In this document: positions 56,947 to 64,000 of the stretch, in pieces | Layout of the letters: each line of letters starts with the position of its first letter | Numbering within the stretch: position 1 is the stretch's first letter | The notes under the pieces: generated by a model | Seen by the model: only the letters and a program-made list of their open reading frames with translations | The model's database searches: none | Told to the model about the DNA's origin: nothing | Translations under genes and position numbers: made by a program | Source of the DNA: a virus | Taxonomy: Duplodnaviria; Caudoviricetes | Reading direction: 5' to 3' (one strand) | Length of the DNA stretch: 64,000 nt | IMG/VR virus record: IMGVR_UViG_3300023714_000001

Positions 56947-59900
56947 ATGAGTGTACTTAACGAGGGGAATAATCTCCCTGGTACAATCATCGACATAGAG
57001 AGCGAAGTTAGTCAGGACTACGATCCGTCTCTCTGGGGAACCACAGAATCTGTGGTAGTGATTGGTACAGCATTTCAGGGGCCGGTAGGTGTTCCGACCC
57101 AGATCTACAATGTAGATATGGCTCGTTACTTCTTCGGTGCAACGTACGATAGTGCAACCCATCGCTCCGCATCCCTGGTCGCTAACATTCAGGCTTGCTT
57201 TGACCGCGGTTGCCGTACGATTTATGCAATGCGCGTTGGTGGTAAGGATATTTACAAAGACTTCCGTCTCTGTGAAGCTTCCGAAAAGTACCGTCTCCGT
57301 ATTGCTGGTCAAACCCCGACCAATACAACGAAACAGAGTTATCTGCGCATCAATGTAGCCTCTGGTTTCGAACAGATCACCCTGTATAAGCCGGCTTCTA
57401 AAGCAACGATTGCTGAAAGAAAACAGGCTTATGTGGATGACATGAATTCCATCCTTGTCTTCCAGATCAATTTGAATGCTGATATTGGCCTCACTCGCAA
57501 CGATAAGCTTGTTGACCTGGTGCGCCACTTTAACAGCAATGAACATAACAATGTGTTTGTTATGAGCATTATTGATGCTGATGGCAATGATGTGACAAAT
57601 GCTCCTGAAGCACAGGAGCTTCGTATTGGCTCCCTGTTCTCCGGCATCTACTTCGTAGGCCGCGACAAGAACAGTGACGCCGCTCCGGCATATTCCGTTG
57701 TAACGGCTCGCGCTATTATTAACGAGAATGATCCGAAGCCGTATAGCTCTTACGATGAAAAGTTCTATCGTGTGGTAGAATTCAACTCTGATGTATCGAG
57801 CGAATATCCGATTACCGCACGTCGTTATGACGAGCTCAAAAATCTTCTGCAGGGTGCATCTGTTGCTGCTGGCAGCGATTATAAGTTCCTCGAAACGGCT
57901 GGTATTGTGGATCGTGTTTGGCTCCAGGATGATGTCGATTACGAAGAAGCTGAACTGAGCAAGTTCGAACTTTACAAACGACTGGGTTCTGGCTTCGCAA
58001 TCACTGCTCAGGCTATCGAACGTAAGGGTCGAGATAGCAAAGGTCGCGAACGTCGTCCTCGCATTATCGAAACGCCGGCTGATGATGCAAATCATATTGT
58101 TGGTATTACCGATGGTATCTATTCCCTGCTTGAGAATACGGAAGCTCAGTGGCGCGTACTGGCTGCTGCTAACGCTGACGATAAGGCAGATGGCAAGTTA
58201 CCCAAAGCGGAAGCATTCAAAATTGCTACGCCGAATCAGGTTAAGCTCTTCGGTAATCCTGTAAGCGGCAACGGCGCTCTTATTACGGCTACGCCGAAGG
58301 TTGCTGAAGACGACTTGACCGCACCGAAGGAATATGAATTCCACTTCGTAAAAGTCGACGAGGAAGAAACCGAATACGATAACATTGAAGATGTGTACAC
58401 TGACCATGTTGCAAAAATTGTTGCTCGTGTTGATACCGGTGTAGCTGGTCTCAAGGCTATGCTGAAGGCAGATAAGTACCCCAATGGTACGCTGTTCCTT
58501 GTTTTTGAGCCGAGCAATCTGACAGAAGGTCACCTGTATCGTGTTCTTGATGATAAGATGGCGCTGCTCAACATCACGCGTCTGGAAAACGAATTGCTCA
58601 GCGTAAACCGCGAGCTTTATGTTGGCCAGATTGTGAATGGCGATCTCGTGTTCGTTCCGGCAGATGTTACCGTAACAGCTGGTGCTCCTACGACATATCT
58701 TACGAAAGAATATGTTCTGGTAGATAACGGAACTTCTCTCTTCGTTGCGAATGTAGATGAATCTACTGTTAACGCAGGTAAGGGTAAGCTTCGTCCGTTG
58801 GGCACGCTTGAAAGCATGCTTGGTGATAATGACAATAAGACTTTGGTTTATGTCGAAGACTCTTATGGTCAGAAGAACCTCATCAATATCACGACGGGCG
58901 CTGCTGATTTCATTCCTCTTGAGGAATTCATGGAACTCTTACAGGAAGATACAACCCTCAACAAACTGTTTGGCTTTGAACTGACTGAAGATGGGGCAGA
59001 CCTGATGTCTGAATACCCGGAGGACATCGAAGCAAATTATGTTTCCTCTACTGGTGGAAACCTCTATTTTGAACAGACGCTTGCTGATGGCACTGTAGCT
59101 CCTGGTGAATTCTACGGCCTTGCTGAAAACAAAGCTATTGGCTACGATTACAGCAAGTACATCCCGTTCCGCACGAACGACAACTTCGTACGTCAGCTCG
59201 CACAACATTGTGCAAAAACTTCGCTGGGAACTTCCATGACCCACGGCGTAATCGGTTACAGCCCGCTTCGCAATTATTCTCTCAAGGCTATTGCGGATCG
59301 AGTTGAAGAACTGGTTAAGGTTAACTACTCTTTGTATGCAAAGAAGTGGAATGGCCGCGAGTTCCTGAATATCGACGGCAACCCATACGAAATCGGCGGC
59401 AATGTCACTGTAACGGCTTTCCAGTATCCCGTAACGTCTTCCAAAGACGGTGTAACGACTACTGTGAACGGTGCAGCAGGTTACGCTGGTATGATTTCCG
59501 TACTGCCTGTTGATCAGAGCACGACGCTTCAGCCGACTGGCCTCAGCGTGATTGATTTCTTCTACTCCAATACGCAGTTGAAGAGACTGATTAGCGCAGG
59601 GTACATTGCGGCTCGTATGACTGAGACGAAAGGCATCTGCATCGCAGATGGCGTAACCATGGCTCCGGCCACTGAGTTTAGAAACCGCATTTCCATTGTT
59701 CGCACAATGAATGCTTGCGGCGATTCCATTCGTCAGGCTGCTGAACCCTTCATTGGTAAGAAGAACAGCCTCCAGAACCGCAGCGCTCTTAAGACGGCTG
59801 TTGACTCCGCACTCAATAGCTTGAAGGATACGTTAATCTGGGATTATAAGTTTGAGATTATCAACCTGAGCTCCTACACCAGCGATGCTGAGATCGACAT

Positions 59901-59991
59901 CACTTACGAAATCTTCCCGATGAACGAAATCAGAAGCGTAACTAACAACATTACCATTTCTCACCAATCCACTGGCGGAAATAACTCCTAA
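56947..59991 (+). CDS. Tail sheath protein
   Basis: LPGTII, VVIGTAFQGPVGVP, GAAGYAG, IRQAAEPFIGKKN, IFPMNEIRSV. Confidence 0.9.
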   Translation: MSVLNEGNNLPGTIIDIESEVSQDYDPSLWGTTESVVVIGTAFQGPVGVPTQIYNVDMARYFFGATYDSATHRSASLVANIQACFDRGCRTIYAMRVGGKDIYKDFRLCEASEKYRLRIAGQTPTNTTKQSYLRINVASGFEQITLYKPASKATIAERKQAYVDDMNSILVFQINLNADIGLTRNDKLVDLVRHFNSNEHNNVFVMSIIDADGNDVTNAPEAQELRIGSLFSGIYFVGRDKNSDAAPAYSVVTARAIINENDPKPYSSYDEKFYRVVEFNSDVSSEYPITARRYDELKNLLQGASVAAGSDYKFLETAGIVDRVWLQDDVDYEEAELSKFELYKRLGSGFAITAQAIERKGRDSKGRERRPRIIETPADDANHIVGITDGIYSLLENTEAQWRVLAAANADDKADGKLPKAEAFKIATPNQVKLFGNPVSGNGALITATPKVAEDDLTAPKEYEFHFVKVDEEETEYDNIEDVYTDHVAKIVARVDTGVAGLKAMLKADKYPNGTLFLVFEPSNLTEGHLYRVLDDKMALLNITRLENELLSVNRELYVGQIVNGDLVFVPADVTVTAGAPTTYLTKEYVLVDNGTSLFVANVDESTVNAGKGKLRPLGTLESMLGDNDNKTLVYVEDSYGQKNLINITTGAADFIPLEEFMELLQEDTTLNKLFGFELTEDGADLMSEYPEDIEANYVSSTGGNLYFEQTLADGTVAPGEFYGLAENKAIGYDYSKYIPFRTNDNFVRQLAQHCAKTSLGTSMTHGVIGYSPLRNYSLKAIADRVEELVKVNYSLYAKKWNGREFLNIDGNPYEIGGNVTVTAFQYPVTSSKDGVTTTVNGAAGYAGMISVLPVDQSTTLQPTGLSVIDFFYSNTQLKRLISAGYIAARMTETKGICIADGVTMAPATEFRNRISIVRTMNACGDSIRQAAEPFIGKKNSLQNRSALKTAVDSALNSLKDTLIWDYKFEIINLSSYTSDAEIDITYEIFPMNEIRSVTNNITISHQSTGGNNS

Positions 59992-60067
59992 TGCTGTTAG
60001 GATAAATTAGGGTAATAAGGCGGGCTATCCCGCCCGCCTTAATTTTTAATATGTGAGGTAAATGTAA

Positions 60068-62143
60068 ATGGCAAATGCAAATAGCTCCACTTACACGAAC
60101 ACCTACACCACTTTTTCAGGTTGCGATATTGTATGCTCCTTCGGTTCTCAGATTATTGGCGAACTGCAGGGCATTAGCTATAGCGTAACAAGAGAAACAT
60201 ATTGACAATATCTAGGCAAAGCAGTATCATAGAGCAAAAGGGATGTGATATTGCGTGACTAGGAAAAAATGGACAATTGAAGATATAGAATATTTAAAAG
60301 CCAACATAGGCAATGCGACATTTGAGGAATTAGCGGAACATTTCTGTGTTTCTCGAAATAGTATTGCTCACAAGGCTAGTAAGCTTGGTATTAGTAGAAA
60401 ATCGTTATCCGGGCAGCTGTGGACCGTAGAAGAAGACAACCTTCTAAGACAACACTTCATCTACGCACCCAAAAATATGCTAGTAAGACTTTTCCCAAAC
60501 AGGACATGGGTGGCAATTTTGCAGCGAGGTCTAAAAACCTTAGGCTTAACGAGAAAAAGTCAAGATAAATACTTTATAAACTACAAAGCACTGTCTAAAT
60601 GGAATGAGTTTACTGCATATCTCTTAGGTTTTACAATGGCTGATGGATATATAAAACGAAATCATGGAGCAAGGCACGAGAACTCCCTTCAATTCGAACT
60701 AGCGGTTTATGATAAAGATATACTTGAGAAAATTGCAAGAAATCTTGATTTTGAAGGCCCGATTACTGAGAGTAAAAGAGGAACTGCAAAGCTTTATATT
60801 TCCAATACAAAGGTATTGGACGATTTAATTGAAAAAGGCGTTCCTGCTACTAACAAAACAATTAACGCTAAATTTCCTCCAAATATACCGAAAGATCTAA
60901 TTAGGCATTTTATCCGAGGACTCTTTGATGGTGACGGAAGCATCTATATTGATGAACAGTCTCCGGTTTTTCAGCTCTTGGGAACAAAAGAACTCCTTTG
61001 TACGATAAAAAACATCTTGCCGCAATTCTTTTCCTCTGTAAATGTTTTGGACCGCTCCAAAAGTGGTGCAAATATATATTGTCTAAAAATAAAAGAGAAA
61101 AAGAAAACATTTCACTTGCTTAATTGGATGTATAACGACTCTACAATATATCTTCAAAGAAAATACGATAAATATTGTCAAATAATTAATTCTCCGTCAT
61201 ACGGGAAACCGTGTGAGGACAGGACGTGAAACCCAGTAAATCCTCAAGAGCTTCGCTTCCACTGCGAGGGATAGACAGAAACCCTCGTGAAGGTAGGGAA
61301 ACCTAGAAATAATTGCGAAGATGAGTCATGCTGAAATAAAAGCCTGCGAAACAGGTGCTAAAACTCATAAACAAGGGATGTTTGGGCTCCTAACCAGAAA
61401 TGGCAAGGTCAAACGACTATGTGGCTGAGAGGCCCGTAAGGGAGGAAGTCCCCCTGAAGTGCGTCCTACCTAAGTCCCGAAAGGGATATGGTAAAGAAGT
61501 AGTCTCCTCTCCAGGATTAAAACCCTGGGCAGAATAAGATTCGGTACAGAGTAACGACCTGTGCGAAGACAAGGAAAAGGCTCCGGTGTACACGATGGGG
61601 TCTGCAAATCCTCGTTCTTTCTCTCGCGGAAAGAGGGGTATCGCAGGTACTCTCGTGTTCGTGGTTTTCGATCATGACGCCCTGCTTAAGGGCTTGGCTG
61701 AACACGTTGAAAGCAACAAGGTGTTCCACCGTATTGGTAAGGATATTAACTGGAAACCGATGACCATTGAAAAGTGGGACGAAGCAATGAAAGATATTGC
61801 TTCTCAGGGCGACAAAGGCACTACCACTAAGTCGGCCGGTTATCGTACCCGGGCAATTTCCCAGCAGGCAGAACCGATTATCGCGGACGAAATACCCCCA
61901 TTCGATATAACCATAAGTATGGCCAACGAATACGGGAAAGCAGCGGTCATGGTGCTGTACGGCGTAGAAATTTTGAATCAGGGCAGCCAGTTCTCTATGG
62001 ATAACATTCAGAGTCAGATGGCCTGCACGTTCGTTGCTTCTCGCCTGAAGTGTCTTGAGGCTGTCGACATGGCAACTGGTAAAACCATTCCTAATGGTAA
62101 TGCTAGTATCGACATGGACGATTACACGACAACCCAGAATTAA
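60068..62143 (+). CDS. Tail tube protein, two exons (about 60068-60193 and 61574-62143; about 231 aa)
   Basis: Exon 1 TFSGCDIV...GELQGISYSVTR plus exon 2 EKAPVYTMGSANPRSFSRGKRGIAGTL; follows sheath. Confidence 0.88.
60202..60230 (+). promoter_or_regulatory. SigmaA promoter inside intron 3
   Basis: TTGACA-17 nt-TATCAT upstream of the homing endonuclease RBS. Confidence 0.7.
60255..61229 (+). CDS. LAGLIDADG homing endonuclease with two N-terminal Myb/HTH-like repeats
   Basis: WTIEDIEYLK and WTVEEDNLLR repeats; AYLLGFTMADG and FIRGLFDGDG. Confidence 0.9.
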   Translation: MTRKKWTIEDIEYLKANIGNATFEELAEHFCVSRNSIAHKASKLGISRKSLSGQLWTVEEDNLLRQHFIYAPKNMLVRLFPNRTWVAILQRGLKTLGLTRKSQDKYFINYKALSKWNEFTAYLLGFTMADGYIKRNHGARHENSLQFELAVYDKDILEKIARNLDFEGPITESKRGTAKLYISNTKVLDDLIEKGVPATNKTINAKFPPNIPKDLIRHFIRGLFDGDGSIYIDEQSPVFQLLGTKELLCTIKNILPQFFSSVNVLDRSKSGANIYCLKIKEKKKTFHLLNWMYNDSTIYLQRKYDKYCQIINSPSYGKPCEDRT

Positions 62144-62222
62144 ATAGCCGATAACGGTAATATCGGGGTAGCACTCAAAACGGGTGCTACCCCGATATTT
62201 TTGAGTGTGAAGGTGATTTAAT

Positions 62223-64000
62223 TTGACGAAAAATGAAAAAGAGCTTTGGAATGATTACCAAAGCACAATGACAAACAATATGGCTGCGTCCAGAAGGGCA
62301 CGGTCGAAATTTATTGCAAAACACCCGGGAAAACAGCCAACGGCAGCTGACCTCATGGAATATGGTTATGATGTGAACGCAGCTGCAAATCAGCTCGCTC
62401 AAAAAAAGCAACGCCTTATCGATAATGGATTTACTATAAAAAATAATAAATGGTATGCCCCTGACGGAACAAATGTTTCCAATAAGGGGAAGTTTCAGCC
62501 ACAGGAATTATTTAGTGATCCTCCTGTGAGAGTAGATGGCAGGGGCGACACGTCGGGAAGCGGACAAAGTAATCCGTCAGCAGGCTCGTCGGGGAGCACG
62601 CCGGGCACGCAGTCGTCAAAATACCAGCAGGCGCGAGAAAAAGCACTGCAAGACATTCAGACATCGATTAATGATTACTTCACCGCATCCGAAAAAACAA
62701 AAGTCATCCCACAGATACAAAAAGCGGTAAGTGATTTAAAAAGCGTAAAAGACAGCAGTGTAAAAAAAGCCATTAGTGATTATTCCCTTAATGCGACGGA
62801 AGCGTCATCGTTACAGCAAGAAATTGACTCTCAGTTTGAATACAAAGTAACTGCTGCGTGGGAAAGGAGTTACAACAGCAAGCCTCGTGAAGCAGTTGCT
62901 GATCCGGAAAAGCATGTAAGTGATAACGAAGCTTATGATATAAGGAAAAAATATGCTGAAAACATAAAGGCCGCAAAACAGCATGTCACTAAAACCATAG
63001 AGTCTGCGCTTAACCAGTTCGAAATAAACAAGCAGCTTCCGACAGAAACGGTTTTTGACAATTACGTTAAAAACTACATTGATCAGGTTGCACACAAAAG
63101 CGAATTCTTCCCTGTTGATATGCAGGAAAAAGAAAGGGCCTGTATTAGCGACTATATCTATCAAGATGTTGGCGGCGATCTACTTAATAAATACCGCGAA
63201 CTTGCAAAAGGAGATAACCAGGTTACGGCTAAGACCCCTGGTGAAATAATAGCGAACGGTACGGGGAAAACAAATGAAGCTGTAAAACCGAAGGTTACAA
63301 GCTCGAATGTTTCTGGTTTTGCTAAAACTAACATATCGTTCTCTGGCTGTGACATGGTTATTACTGCCGAGATGGTAACAACAAAAGGTACTCCAGTATC
63401 TGTAATGGTCGGTGAGGCCCAGACCATCTCATATTCTATTTATCGTAAACTTAGCCCAATATTGAATATTGGAAATATAAACGCGAAAGATTATGTTGGC
63501 GGCCCGAGGACAATTGCCGGCAGTTTGGTTATGACTGTATTTAATCAGCATTGGGGAACGCAGCTTATCGATCAGTTTGCTAAAATTGAAGGTTATGCGT
63601 CATCCCGGAAGGTTTTAATGGATGAGCTGGCTCCGATGAATATAACCATCTCCATGGCAAATGAATATGGTATCTGCTCCAGACTCGCCATCTACAGTGT
63701 TCGCATATTCTCTGAAGGCCAGGTTATGTCAATCAATGACATATTCACCGAAAACACATTCCAGTATGTCGCTTTAAATATTGACTATCTTGCAGATGTA
63801 AATACAAAAGAAGATCTGGAGCCATTATATCGTGATGCGATTGCTGCAAGGGAAAAGATGACCGAAGAGGCTTCCAAAACCGGAATCGACAAAAGTGGTG
63901 ATAGCGGCAACACGCCGCCGAATCAAGGTGGTGGTGACAGCGTTACAAAAGACGGCAAGATAGAATTTGACCCCAATAAATCACAACAAAAAACACCGGC
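62223..64000 (+). CDS. Large virion protein with internal tail-tube-like domain (runs off window)
   Basis: AGGTGA RBS, TTG start; open frame to the end; SFSGCDMV...TISYSIYR...RTIAGSLV...ITISMANEYG paralogous to the tube. Confidence 0.8.
   Translation, partial: MTKNEKELWNDYQSTMTNNMAASRRARSKFIAKHPGKQPTAADLMEYGYDVNAAANQLAQKKQRLIDNGFTIKNNKWYAPDGTNVSNKGKFQPQELFSDPPVRVDGRGDTSGSGQSNPSAGSSGSTPGTQSSKYQQAREKALQDIQTSINDYFTASEKTKVIPQIQKAVSDLKSVKDSSVKKAISDYSLNATEASSLQQEIDSQFEYKVTAAWERSYNSKPREAVADPEKHVSDNEAYDIRKKYAENIKAAKQHVTKTIESALNQFEINKQLPTETVFDNYVKNYIDQVAHKSEFFPVDMQEKERACISDYIYQDVGGDLLNKYRELAKGDNQVTAKTPGEIIANGTGKTNEAVKPKVTSSNVSGFAKTNISFSGCDMVITAEMVTTKGTPVSVMVGEAQTISYSIYRKLSPILNIGNINAKDYVGGPRTIAGSLVMTVFNQHWGTQLIDQFAKIEGYASSRKVLMDELAPMNITISMANEYGICSRLAIYSVRIFSEGQVMSINDIFTENTFQYVALNIDYLADVNTKEDLEPLYRDAIAAREKMTEEASKTGIDKSGDSGNTPPNQGGGDSVTKDGKIEFDPNKSQQKTP

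Larger units (their letters stand above)
60194..61573 (+). ncRNA. Group I intron 3 in the tail tube gene (boundaries uncertain by a few nt)
   Basis: P3 AGGACGT 61221/GCGTCCT 61461; R GGTCAAACGACTA 61407; S AAAGAAGTAGTCT 61493; GNRA-capped peripheral stems. Confidence 0.82.

Noticed and set aside
49215-58095. Long minus-strand ORFs opposite capsid and sheath genes
   Set aside because: Antisense shadows with no independent coding signal
1-64000. Stop-codon reassignment
   Set aside because: The standard code gives dense, RBS-led, full-length genes; fragmentation is explained by introns
1-64000. tRNA, rRNA, integrase, transposase, reverse transcriptase/DGR
   Set aside because: No recognisable signatures by eye; a tRNAscan or HMM run would be needed to exclude them fully

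Overview
This window is a 64-kb slice of a large, contractile-tailed (myovirus-type) phage. It probably infects a Bacillota host (GGAGG/AGGTGA ribosome-binding sites, sigmaA-type promoters). It also carries a plasmid-maintenance kit (ParA/ParB with a parS-like palindrome, an AEP primase-type replication protein, a toxin-antitoxin pair), so it is probably a phage-plasmid. Two transcription arms diverge at about 28.7 kb. The leftward arm (1-28.7 kb, minus strand) holds early/accessory genes: a MYG1-like nuclease, a Rha/BRO antirepressor, a DUF4258/YgiT TA pair, a Dda/RecD-like helicase, many small ORFans, and a YonO/RdRP-like two-barrel RNA polymerase split into two genes in swapped order. The rightward arm (28.9-64 kb) holds PhoH, the primase, then late genes: terminase, a lysozyme-domain protein, portal, protease/scaffold, capsid, neck, sheath and tube. 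Three group I introns are readable directly from the sequence, two in terL and one in the tail-tube gene. Highlights: (1) a terL intron whose P8 loop carries two paralogous non-endonuclease genes instead of a homing endonuclease; (2) the split and permuted YonO-like polymerase with ComEA-like HhH repeats, alongside seven template-strand GNA-triloop hairpin elements reminiscent of N4 hairpin promoters; (3) systematic C-terminal -AA (ssrA-like degron) tails on early proteins; (4) a repeated intergenic H-type pseudoknot; (5) a tail-tube intron lacking a canonical U at the expected 5' splice site. All family assignments come from motif recognition by eye, not from database searches.
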